From positions 25,160 to 89,159 of the forward strand of contig JAYZEG010000030.1 of the NCBI GenBank assembly GCA_036337435.1: a stretch of 64,000 nucleotides of DNA, given 5' to 3'. The notes beneath the pieces were generated by a model. The model was not told the origin of the DNA. It saw only the letters and a list, made by a program, of their open reading frames with translations, and did not search any database. How positions within the stretch are numbered: the first letter of the stretch is position 1; every line of letters starts with the position of its first letter. Shown one piece after another: positions 9,393-18,252 of this stretch. Source of the stretch: Myxococcota bacterium. Lineage in GTDB: Bacteria; Myxococcota_A; Bradymonadia; UBA7976; UBA1532. The translations under genes and the position numbers were made by a program.

Positions 9393-10481
9393 CTACCAGT
9401 CGTACGTGGCAGAAATCTTCGATGCCCACTGAGCTGTTGGCGTTCCCGTCAACAGGTGAGGACCATTTGTCAGGAAGTCTCGCTCGACTGCAGCATCGAT
9501 ACGGAAGTTACCCCAGACGCCTGACAGGCCCATAGCTCCGGTTGGTGCTGGTGCCCAGACACCTGCAAGCGCTTGTGCAACATCTGCATCAGCGTGGTTG
9601 ATCTTGATCTCAGCACCACCGTCTGGCTTGAATGTTGTCATGACGAACTTGTACCCCGCACCAGCGCGGAACTCGACCCAATCGTTGAGCGGAGTCTCGA
9701 AGGCTAGGTTCATGCCGGGGATAGTGATGAGAGATGCTTCATCTTCACCATTCTTGATCTGAGTTAAACCAACAGTGCCGTGCAGCGCAACAATCCCTTT
9801 GCCAACCTTGTAGACAGGCCCTGCACCCAGCTCAACATTCATGAGTGTGTTTTCAACTTCATCACCAGCGTTTGGCTCGGTCTTGTCGCTTTGGTATTGG
9901 ATAGCGGCCGTGTAACCCAAGTCAACCTTGGGTTGGAGGGCTTTGTAGCCGCGAAAGTTTACGCCCACGTTTAGAGTTGTAAAAGCGTCTTCTGCGCCAT
10001 TCTCCGCTTTCGCTATGCCAAGACCAAACGCCATCTCGCCCACGTTCTTGAGCGTGTAGCCAGCAATGATACCGAAGTTCATTGCGGTGTTTCCGTCCCC
10101 ATCAACGGTGAATTCACCTTTACCGAGGGATAGACCAATACCCCAAACACCACCACTGTAAGCTGCTTCAAGCATGGTTGCTGTTGCGCGTTCCTGTGTC
10201 GGATCTTGCGGTTGGCTCAATGCGTTGATACCGATAGCCCAGCCGCCATCGCCGTTCTTGACACCGATGGTTGCCGATGATCGGTCATTTCCCTCATGGT
10301 TGAAACGAACCCGGTTGATATTGAGCGAATGACCGGCGCGTTGTGGAAAAGTGAATGCGTCATTGTAGTCTTCGATCAAGATGTTGCCGTTAAGACCGTC
10401 TCGTCGAGCAGACTGAGCAGGAACGGTAAAAACCATGACTGCGAATGCTGCGAACAGCGATAATTTGAATGACTTAGACAT
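9393..10481 (-). CDS. Outer-membrane beta-barrel protein (porin-like)
   Basis: 362 aa. Signal peptide MSKSFKLSLFAAFAVMVFTVPAQSA. Alternating amphipathic Gly/aromatic-rich strands throughout. C-terminal ...ISATYDW ends in an aromatic residue, as in OMP beta-signals. Confidence 0.7.
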   Translation of the reverse strand: MSKSFKLSLFAAFAVMVFTVPAQSARRDGLNGNILIEDYNDAFTFPQRAGHSLNINRVRFNHEGNDRSSATIGVKNGDGGWAIGINALSQPQDPTQERATATMLEAAYSGGVWGIGLSLGKGEFTVDGDGNTAMNFGIIAGYTLKNVGEMAFGLGIAKAENGAEDAFTTLNVGVNFRGYKALQPKVDLGYTAAIQYQSDKTEPNAGDEVENTLMNVELGAGPVYKVGKGIVALHGTVGLTQIKNGEDEASLITIPGMNLAFETPLNDWVEFRAGAGYKFVMTTFKPDGGAEIKINHADADVAQALAGVWAPAPTGAMGLSGVWGNFRIDAAVERDFLTNGPHLLTGTPTAQWASKISATYDW

Positions 10482-11032
10482 TTAAGAACCCCCTTAGGCT
10501 AAATGCTCCCCATGGAGCTGTAATTAAACAACCCGCACAGACCGGCCAATGGCCGTCTGGTTACAGGTCGGAGTCCACGCCCTCACCAATGAAGCCTGCG
10601 AACTCGTATTAACCACTGGCATACATGTAGTTAATGAACGCCAATGTATTGTAATGTAGGACATAGACCCGAAAGCGACGAAGAAAAAAAAACCATTTTT
10701 ATTAATCAAGTATTTTCAACAGCTTACGATTTAAAAAAATCGTCAAAGGCTTGTCTTTTAAAAAAATGGTGGTGGGTGCGAAATGGCTTTCGCACTGATA
10801 GGAAGCCCATTTCGCAACCACAAAAAAACCAGTGACAAGCTGACTTAGGTGCTCATTTTATCCATGGTTCGGTTCACTCAGAGCTGTTTCTAGTAGACAG
10901 GAATTTGGATGACTCTAAGGGCCGTTGCTATGGACGGCTGTGGCAGGTAACGTAAAGGATGCCAATGGAGGTAAACGCTGGGTATTTTCGACAATTCATC
11001 GAAAAACCAAATCGAGACGGGTGGAGACAAAA

Positions 11033-11803
11033 ATGACACGATGCGTCATCTGGGGCGCTGGTGAATTAGGCGGGCGTGTTGGTCAATTGGCCGCAAGTCA
11101 GGGCTACGAAGTGCATGGGTATACGGCGACCAAAAAACGACATTCGGACCTAGAATCAAAAGGGATTAAAGCATCGCTCGGTGACCCGCAGAGTTTTGAG
11201 CCAACGGACCTGGTTTTACTGAGTATTTCGGGCACGGATGCGCTGCGAGACGCCATCAAAAGAGTCAATACCGATACACGGCCAAAACGCATCATACTGA
11301 CATCGTCGACGGGGTACTATCATGGTTGTACTGGCCTCATTGATTTCGAGTCAGCGGCAGGTGATTCTCCGAGAGCCCAAAACATAGCAACCATGGAAAC
11401 AGACTTTAGACGCTGGGCAAGAGGCGCAGGTGTGATTTTACGTTTGGGTGGTTTGTATCGAACGGGACGAGGTCCTTTGAGTGCCTATCAGCGTAAAAAA
11501 ACAATCCCACCAGGTCCGCCGAACAAAATCTTGGCACTCATCCATTATGATGATGCCGCCAGTGCTGCGTTCGCAGCCATGACGATAGCGGCACCAAAAC
11601 CGCACTATATCGTGACCAGCCGGACTTGCCCGACTCGGCAGGAGTTCTATTTGGCCGCGTCAGTGTTACTTGGCTTACCTATTCCAACGTTTGGAAAACC
11701 GATGCTTGGACCACCGATGGACTATGATACAAGCCATATGGAACAGGACTTGGTACGGACGCCAAGTCATCCCAAATGGCAAGCCGCACTGGTCCCCGAG
11801 TGA
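11033..11803 (+). CDS. NAD(P)-binding Rossmann-fold protein (epimerase/SDR-like)
   Basis: Best start is MTRCVIWGAGELGGRVGQLAASQGYEVHGYT (GxGxxG dinucleotide fold), preceded by GGTGGAGA. The upstream part of ORF 10925..11803 looks non-coding. Confidence 0.65.
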   Translation: MTRCVIWGAGELGGRVGQLAASQGYEVHGYTATKKRHSDLESKGIKASLGDPQSFEPTDLVLLSISGTDALRDAIKRVNTDTRPKRIILTSSTGYYHGCTGLIDFESAAGDSPRAQNIATMETDFRRWARGAGVILRLGGLYRTGRGPLSAYQRKKTIPPGPPNKILALIHYDDAASAAFAAMTIAAPKPHYIVTSRTCPTRQEFYLAASVLLGLPIPTFGKPMLGPPMDYDTSHMEQDLVRTPSHPKWQAALVPE

Positions 11804-11836
11804 CCGAATCTGTTCGTGATTAGGTGGAGGTATTGA

Positions 11837-13108
11837 ATGCAACATGAAGTAAGTGCTCTCACGCACGTTGGACGCAAGCGAACGGAGAACCAAGACGCCT
11901 TCCACACGGACCAAAAGCTTGGATTGTATGTTGTCGCCGATGGTATGGGCGGTCACGCCGCAGGCTCCATCGCCAGTGAGAAAGCCATTGCGGTGTTCGC
12001 ACAAGAAATTGAACGACGGCAACAGGACATTGCTCGATTTATCGACGGGGCGACGGGTCGCGAAACCGTGAGTCGCTTGTTGGAAGATGCCGTTCGTAAA
12101 GCGGGCGAACACGTTTTTCAGATGGCCCAGAAAAATAAAGAAATGAGGGGTATGGGAACAACCCTGTCAGCCCTACTTCTCACACCGGGTCGGGGCTTCA
12201 TCGCCCACGTAGGTGATAGCCGAATTTATCTTGTTAGAGAAAAAGAAGTCGTTCAGATCACCGAAGATCATTCACTGGTCAATGAACTCATCAGACAGGG
12301 CCGCCTCCGTCCAAACGATCGCCAACGAGACCGATATAGCAACGCAATTACGCGAGCTGTCGGTGTCTATTCTGACGTCAAAGTTGATACATTTGATTTT
12401 GAACTGATGACGGGTGACACCTTCCTCCTCTGCTCCGATGGCCTGTCTCAGTACTTGAGGTCAGCCGATGAACTCAGCAATTTACTCACAAGTTTTCAAT
12501 TCAGTGAATTAGCCAAAGTCGCGATTAAAATGGCAAACCGGAGGGGGGGCTCAGACAATTCGACAGCCATCTTTGTCCGTTTGAACGATGAAACCAATCA
12601 AGCCATAAACCCGACTTTGCCCCACCGGGTGAAGGTTCTTAGCAAGATGCCAATGTTTCAGCACCTCACCTATAAAGAACTGGTCGAGGTTCTCAATATC
12701 TCTGAAGTCAGAACATTCGAATCCGGGCACTATATTTTTCGTGAGAACGACCTCGGTGAGGAGATGTACGTCATTTTGTCGGGTCGGATATCAGTGGAGA
12801 GCGATGACATTCGTCTGGCCACCCTTGGAATGGGCGGTCATTTCGGCGAAATGGCGATTTTGGACAAAGGCCAGCGCTCGGCCAATGCGAAGGCAGATAA
12901 GGCGACAGAAGCACTGGTTATCGAAAGGAAATCATTATTTCGTCTCCTCCAAAAAGACGCGAGCATCGCTGTGAAAATTTTATGGTGCCTAACACAAATT
13001 CTGAATCGCAGACTTCGGTCAACAAATTCAGCATTACTCAAGGCAAGTATCAGTGAGGAAGCAGATGATTTATCTAACTGGGCCCATCTGACGACACGCG
13101 ACGATTAG
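11837..13108 (+). CDS. PP2C-family Ser/Thr phosphatase fused to a C-terminal cyclic-nucleotide-binding domain
   Basis: PP2C motifs: RTENQDAF, VADGMGGHAAG, VGDSRIY, LCSDGLS, GGSDNSTAI. The C-terminal cNMP fold shows FGEMAILD...RSANAKA. Good SD (GGTGGAGG). Confidence 0.85.
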   Translation: MQHEVSALTHVGRKRTENQDAFHTDQKLGLYVVADGMGGHAAGSIASEKAIAVFAQEIERRQQDIARFIDGATGRETVSRLLEDAVRKAGEHVFQMAQKNKEMRGMGTTLSALLLTPGRGFIAHVGDSRIYLVREKEVVQITEDHSLVNELIRQGRLRPNDRQRDRYSNAITRAVGVYSDVKVDTFDFELMTGDTFLLCSDGLSQYLRSADELSNLLTSFQFSELAKVAIKMANRRGGSDNSTAIFVRLNDETNQAINPTLPHRVKVLSKMPMFQHLTYKELVEVLNISEVRTFESGHYIFRENDLGEEMYVILSGRISVESDDIRLATLGMGGHFGEMAILDKGQRSANAKADKATEALVIERKSLFRLLQKDASIAVKILWCLTQILNRRLRSTNSALLKASISEEADDLSNWAHLTTRDD

Positions 13109-13703
13109 GTGCATTACCATCGAGTAGAGCAATTAAGATATCAGCCTGGAATTGAGCGTCTGCGAGCGCATTATGAACACGGTCTGGAGCGGGCGGCCTG
13201 AGCTCTGGATACACCTCAGTTAATGTCTCTTTATTGCACTGTCGCCATGGCAACCGCTGCGTACCCATCATCAGTGCTTTTGTATCGAGCGCGTTATAGC
13301 CAAACGGGTTGTCTAGACCTGCCCAAGCAAAATACCAAGCCGTGAACATCCAGTCGAATGGCGCATTATGTCCAACGAAGAGGGGCCGATAGCCATCAGG
13401 TGTATTTGTTTTGACCCAATCTGTAATCTTCTCCATCACCAGTCGGGCGGGGAGCCCATGGGTTCGAAGATGGTCTTCCGTCAGACCATGAATTGACATT
13501 GCATGGGGGTCAAACCCATCGCAAATGGGCTGAAGCTCGAAGTAGAATTCACCACCCCGTCGATGGACACCATGATCGTACTGAACCGCGACACCCCCAA
13601 TAGACACCATATTGAACAGGCCTGGAACCCGACCACTGGCTTCGAGATCGACGCAGAAGTAGACGGTTTTTGGGTCGATTATGGCACGCTGTTGATTCTT
13701 CAT
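13074..13703 (-). CDS. DEDDh 3'-5' exonuclease (DnaQ/RNase T-like)
   Basis: Exo motifs: FCVDLEASG, GHNAPFDWMF, HNALADAQ. The ATG at 13701-13703 overlaps the upstream stop (ATGA). The 58 codons upstream of it in the ORF track overlap the preceding gene. Confidence 0.75.
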   Translation of the reverse strand: MKNQQRAIIDPKTVYFCVDLEASGRVPGLFNMVSIGGVAVQYDHGVHRRGGEFYFELQPICDGFDPHAMSIHGLTEDHLRTHGLPARLVMEKITDWVKTNTPDGYRPLFVGHNAPFDWMFTAWYFAWAGLDNPFGYNALDTKALMMGTQRLPWRQCNKETLTEVYPELRPPAPDRVHNALADAQFQADILIALLDGNAPNRRVSSDGPS

Positions 13704-14320
13704 TTTTGACTCAGTGCTTTCTGTAAACTTGTGCGAAAGGCCGACACGGAATTGGGCGTATAGAAATACGGGTACCGGTCGATTGGACTCGTTATGTCGC
13801 TGAGCAATACACCGGCCGACGAGAAGAAAAAGATTCGAGGAACATATCGACCGTACTGGACGTATTCGTTCAACCAATCAGGACGCTCATCCTGGTCTTG
13901 GCGTACCATCACGACGTCGTTGGCTAGACGTTCGACAACTTTGTCCTGAAAAAGTGGACCCAATTTACGACATTTTGGACACCAATCAGTGAAGACGACT
14001 AGGCACAACGGCTTTCCTGTTTTGGCGGATTCCTTGCGACCGTCCGCCCATGAGTGCCATTTAAGATTACTCTTCCATTTGGCATCTTTAACCGATGTTG
14101 CAGTGCCAGTAAATGCCGGTCGATTTGTGTTTTTCGCCGAACTCAGTTTTGCGGATGCCTGCTCTTGGAGCTGCTTGGACCGAGTCGCCTGTTTTGCCTG
14201 GTTGTTATCCGATTGGTTTGGCTGTACCTGACATCCAAAGGCGAGGAGTAAAATCAGCAAAGCCGCTGAGACACCCGTGACTGACACGTCTTGTTCATTT
14301 GGTATTCTTGTCATCTTCAC
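13700..14320 (-). CDS. Exported thioredoxin-fold protein (CxxC)
   Basis: 206 aa. The N-terminal hydrophobic anchor is possibly lipoprotein-like (SAALLILLLAFGCQ). The thioredoxin motif is VVFTDWCPKCRKL. Start is uncertain (26-nt overlap with the upstream gene). Confidence 0.7.
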   Translation of the reverse strand: MKMTRIPNEQDVSVTGVSAALLILLLAFGCQVQPNQSDNNQAKQATRSKQLQEQASAKLSSAKNTNRPAFTGTATSVKDAKWKSNLKWHSWADGRKESAKTGKPLCLVVFTDWCPKCRKLGPLFQDKVVERLANDVVMVRQDQDERPDWLNEYVQYGRYVPRIFFFSSAGVLLSDITSPIDRYPYFYTPNSVSAFRTSLQKALSQK

Positions 14321-15416
14321 CGTCCGTCATAAAGTCAGCTATGGCCGATAGGCCGTCGAGGGTCGACGCATCGGGACCCAAGTGCGGCAATGTATAAACC
14401 CAGCCGTGGCCAGAAAGAGCAGCCAAGTCAGCCTTCAATTTCACGTGGCCCTCCATCAGATGGCGTTCGCGCAACGAGAACTGCCGCAATTTTGAAATCG
14501 CAACCGAGAGAACAGGATCAGGACGTTCAATCCGATCGGTGTCAGGCATTTTCCAGTTCCGACAATGGGTGAGACTCCGATTCAAAATAACACCAGCAAC
14601 ATGGAGCTGTAACTCTTCTGTCGCACGTCTTGAAAAGAACTGGGTTTCCTCAAGGGCTGCACTTGTGGGGGCTGTGACCAATAAAAACGACACATCCTGG
14701 CCACCGAAGAAACGACGCATCTCGGATTGGTTATGATTGAGCTGCGAAAGCAGGCCGCCGAAGAGCTGAAAAAACTGCTGTAACTCTCGACGGGTCTCAG
14801 GCCCAAAGCTTACATCCATGACCTTTTCGAGTAATTTCGTCGTCATCCGACGAATGGCACTGCCTTCACCCGGTACGAAGAGATTAAAAATACGTCTGTC
14901 GAGAAAAGCACTCGCCCGCTCGGGCGCATCGAGGAAACGCAATGCATCTCGTGACGGAGGTGTATCGAGGATGATGAGGTCATAGCGCTCGTCATGAATG
15001 AATTCATATAACGCCTGAACGGCTGTGTATTCTTGCATGCCAGCGACCATAGCTGTCACGTTTTGGTAAATCGGATTGTTCATGAGAGTGCTGGCATCGC
15101 GATTCGATCCGGAGAATCGCTCAACAACTCGGTCGGCAATGAGCTGTGGGTCAAGCATCCACGCTGCTAGGCTACCAGTCGAACTTTGATCGATGAGCCC
15201 AGTGGTATCGACCGGGATGGGTCGCTCTGGGTTTCTATCGACACCGAGTGCTTCAGCGAGTCTTTTGCTTGGATCGATAGTCACAACCAAAACATTTTTA
15301 ACTTGTCTGGCTGCGGCCAAACCAAGGGCAGCCGAGGTTGTGGTTTTTCCCACACCGCCAGCCCCGCAGCAGACGATTACCTTGCGTGTCAGAATCAGGT
15401 CTTGAATCGGGTTCAT
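14295..15416 (-). CDS. ArsA/Get3-like ATPase, partner B (P-loop GAGGVGKT)
   Basis: 373 aa. Motifs: VCCGAGGVGKTTTSAALGLAAA and LDTPPSRDALRFLD. There is a 4-nt overlap with the upstream paralogue. Confidence 0.85.
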   Translation of the reverse strand: MNPIQDLILTRKVIVCCGAGGVGKTTTSAALGLAAARQVKNVLVVTIDPSKRLAEALGVDRNPERPIPVDTTGLIDQSSTGSLAAWMLDPQLIADRVVERFSGSNRDASTLMNNPIYQNVTAMVAGMQEYTAVQALYEFIHDERYDLIILDTPPSRDALRFLDAPERASAFLDRRIFNLFVPGEGSAIRRMTTKLLEKVMDVSFGPETRRELQQFFQLFGGLLSQLNHNQSEMRRFFGGQDVSFLLVTAPTSAALEETQFFSRRATEELQLHVAGVILNRSLTHCRNWKMPDTDRIERPDPVLSVAISKLRQFSLRERHLMEGHVKLKADLAALSGHGWVYTLPHLGPDASTLDGLSAIADFMTDGEDDKNTK

Positions 15417-16327
15417 GACTCAGTGCCCATCAGCTCGCCAATATAAGCCGTTAAGGGATTGGTAACGAGATCGGTATCAACGACTTCAGGCAGGTCTAAA
15501 ACGGGCGAATCAAATCGATTTTTGAGCTCACTCAGCGCGACTTTCGCAGCTCTGATTCGAGCCAGGGTCAGTTGACCGAAAAAATGCTCCGCGTCGCAGT
15601 ATGCATCCAAGGCAGCTCGCTCATCATCGGTGAACGGATCAGGCGGCATTCGATTGAGGATCATCCCCCCCACAGTCACATCGGTTTCAGTTAATCCATC
15701 AACTAATTCGAGGGCCTCAGTGACGGGTAGTTTTTCCGGCAAGGTGACAATCCAGGCCTCGCATAGCTCTGGATTATTGAGAATACTTTGACCTTCTTTT
15801 AAAGCTCGAGCGATGGGTCCTGCCGGAATCAATCGAAGAAGAATTGCAGGCAACCCTGTGAGTGCCAATGTGTGGCCTGTGGCTGGCATGTCGATGATGA
15901 TCAACTCATACTGTCGAGTTCCGTCCGAACGGGTCTTTTGAAGCAGGGTCAACAAATGATAGAAGATGCCCATTTCATGGAGTGAGGGTGCCGCTGTCAA
16001 AAATTTGTGGACAGCTTTTGAGCGCAGAGCGGCTGCGATCAACGTCTTGCTCGGCAGAATCGTCCTCAAGAACAAAGAGTGGCCGGCCTTCGCGTTGAGA
16101 CGGCCGATCGCGAGGAAGTCGTTTATGGGACAGGCTTCTTCGTTTAAATCCGGTCGACCGAACCGCGCACCTAATGCTGATTGAGACCCTTCCTCATAAG
16201 CGATTTCTAACACCAAAGTTCTCTTTTTCGCCTTGGACGATGCAAGCCCTATGGCGGCCGAGACAGCGGTCCGACCAACGCCCCCTTTGCCGCTGATGAG
16301 CAATGTATGCCTGTTTAAAAAATACAC
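15413..16327 (-). CDS. ArsA/Get3-like ATPase, partner A (P-loop GKGGVGRT)
   Basis: 304 aa. Motifs: ISGKGGVGRTAVSAAIGLA and IIDMPATGHTLAL (ArsA DTAPTGHT-like). Confidence 0.85.
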   Translation of the reverse strand: MYFLNRHTLLISGKGGVGRTAVSAAIGLASSKAKKRTLVLEIAYEEGSQSALGARFGRPDLNEEACPINDFLAIGRLNAKAGHSLFLRTILPSKTLIAAALRSKAVHKFLTAAPSLHEMGIFYHLLTLLQKTRSDGTRQYELIIIDMPATGHTLALTGLPAILLRLIPAGPIARALKEGQSILNNPELCEAWIVTLPEKLPVTEALELVDGLTETDVTVGGMILNRMPPDPFTDDERAALDAYCDAEHFFGQLTLARIRAAKVALSELKNRFDSPVLDLPEVVDTDLVTNPLTAYIGELMGTES

Positions 16328-16539
16328 GAACCATCCTCACGAGTACGGGATTTACTATAGCTGGCAGCTGACCCACAAGCCAGTGTAGGACGAGACTAAA
16401 AACAACCGATTTGTAGATTATTTTCGAAAATTAGTCAGTCTGACGCGACTTTTTACCGTAAATCTGGTTACCATTACCAGTAGACCGGACCGGGTCTAAG
16501 ATTCATCTGAGTCCGTTAAAACAGTCGAGAGGAGACCTT

Positions 16540-17727
16540 ATGCAGCTGCCTAGATTCCTTGAGAGTAATCCCCTGGTGGAGCGGCTACCAACCGAGGTGA
16601 AGACCAGAGTCGAAGCTTGGATGGATAATGTAAATACGCTGCTGACCATCGAGAATGTGGGCGTTTTAAAGAGCATGGGGCCATCCGCAATGCGGGGTCT
16701 CTTTTTGCAGAGGGGTCGGCAACAAACGGCTGAGATGCGGTCTAATCATTCGGCCCATTTCAATTTTTCCTATCCCTCCGACAACGGAGCGATGAAGGCG
16801 CTTTACGAGAAGGCCAAGCGTCTCCAATGGAACGGCAGCGTGGACCTGGACTGGTCAACACCTGTCGATCCTTTCAATCCGAATGTGCCGCTGATCGGAG
16901 AGGGGTTTGTAGACTGGAACATGCTCGCCGGATTCGGTATCCGCTTTAACGAACGGGAGCAGCTCGATTTCATGTGGCGGGTTACGTCCTGGATGTTGAG
17001 CCAGTTTTTGCATGGCGAACAGGGGGCATTAATGGCCTCTGCCCAAGTTACAGAGGCGACGCCCATTTTTGACGGAAAGTACTACGGAGCCACCCAGGTC
17101 ATGGATGAGGCTCGGCACGTTGAGGTCTTTAGTCGCTACCTCGACTCTAAATTGGAACATCGATACGACATCAACGACAACCTATTCACGATCATCGATG
17201 GACTGATGACCGATAGCCGCTGGGATATGAAATTTCTAGGAATGCAGATCCTCGTCGAAGGCCTCGCTCTCGGTGCCTTTGGAACCATGTATAAAATGAC
17301 ATCCGAGCCATTGCTCAAAGAATTGCTACGGTTAGTCATTCAAGATGAGGCACGTCATGTGCACTTCGGGTTGTTGGCATTGAAGCCACTCTACAACGGT
17401 GGACTGAGTGAGAAAGAGCGCATCGAAAGGGAAGACTGGGCATTCGAGATCGTTCTTCTCATGCGAAATCGCTTCCTCGCGCATGAGTTATACGAAGAAG
17501 GCTTTGCCCACAGAATGAGCAGAAAAGAATGGAACTTCTTCATGGATGAAATGCCAGGAATGTCGATGTTTCGACGTGTGATGTTCAAGCGGCTCGTGCC
17601 CAATCTGCGCGCGATCGGACTGTTGACCCCGCGGATTTTGCATCGCTATGAGAAAGTCGGCCTAGGTGATTTCATCCACCTACCGGCGTCGAGTGAAATC
17701 AGCGACCACGATCTCAGCGCAGCCTAA
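16540..17727 (+). CDS. Ferritin-like di-iron carboxylate protein (R2/AurF-like oxygenase superfamily)
   Basis: 395 aa. Two ExxH motifs (DEARHVEVF, QDEARHVHFG) plus the upstream carboxylates HGEQGA and LVEGLALG give a four-helix-bundle di-iron ligand pattern. Strong SD (GAGAGGAG). Confidence 0.6.
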   Translation: MQLPRFLESNPLVERLPTEVKTRVEAWMDNVNTLLTIENVGVLKSMGPSAMRGLFLQRGRQQTAEMRSNHSAHFNFSYPSDNGAMKALYEKAKRLQWNGSVDLDWSTPVDPFNPNVPLIGEGFVDWNMLAGFGIRFNEREQLDFMWRVTSWMLSQFLHGEQGALMASAQVTEATPIFDGKYYGATQVMDEARHVEVFSRYLDSKLEHRYDINDNLFTIIDGLMTDSRWDMKFLGMQILVEGLALGAFGTMYKMTSEPLLKELLRLVIQDEARHVHFGLLALKPLYNGGLSEKERIEREDWAFEIVLLMRNRFLAHELYEEGFAHRMSRKEWNFFMDEMPGMSMFRRVMFKRLVPNLRAIGLLTPRILHRYEKVGLGDFIHLPASSEISDHDLSAA

Positions 17728-18245
17728 GGCGAAGTCTGGTCACCGTCTTGGGCCGATTTCTTCTGAACCACAATGACATCATCGTCGGGAGTATGCTGTT
17801 GGTACCCTGTGGATGGCTCATTTGAATTTTGGTCGAAGCCATCGAAGGGATACACGCCCGACTGACCAAAGAGGTCGTTGGTCGGTCCATATTGAACCCG
17901 CTTCTGGACTTTGCGATAGACAAAATAAGCGATCAATGTCCGTGTGGGGGGAAATAGGCATAAGATGCCGATCCCGTCGGTGATAAAACCTGGAATCAGC
18001 AATGCAAAGGCACCGAAGGACAAAAGGGCCGCTTCGAGGGCCGCCTGAGTGATACCAACTTTCTGTTTTTGTAGCCGCATCGGCAGCGAGGCTGTCTCAA
18101 ATCGAGCATATCGTAAGCCGACGGCGGCCGTGAGAATGATTAAGCAAAAGGTTTCTAGGCCACCGATTGCTTCAGCGGTACGCAACATGAGGACCAGCTC
18201 ACCTGCTGCCAATCCCAATCCCACGAGCAACACAAACCGGCACAT
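17724..18245 (-). CDS. fxsA: FxsA family membrane protein
   Basis: The motif LLIPGFITDGIGILCLFPPTR is characteristic of FxsA. Start chosen at MCRFVLLVGLG, 7 nt after the argC stop. The ORF track start (18293) would overlap argC by 41 nt. Confidence 0.75.
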   Translation of the reverse strand: MCRFVLLVGLGLAAGELVLMLRTAEAIGGLETFCLIILTAAVGLRYARFETASLPMRLQKQKVGITQAALEAALLSFGAFALLIPGFITDGIGILCLFPPTRTLIAYFVYRKVQKRVQYGPTNDLFGQSGVYPFDGFDQNSNEPSTGYQQHTPDDDVIVVQKKSAQDGDQTSP

Positions 18246-18252
18246 GGCCAAC

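Noticed and set aside
16259-16322. My hand translation of the printed bases around 16261 and 16320 appeared shifted by one nucleotide relative to two ORF-track proteins that cross this line
   Set aside because: The offset cancels within one 60-nt line, and all other cross-checks between printed coordinates and the ORF track agreed. I treat it as a reading or formatting problem, not a biological frameshift, and relied on the ORF track for the ArsA-like P-loop (GKGGVGRT).
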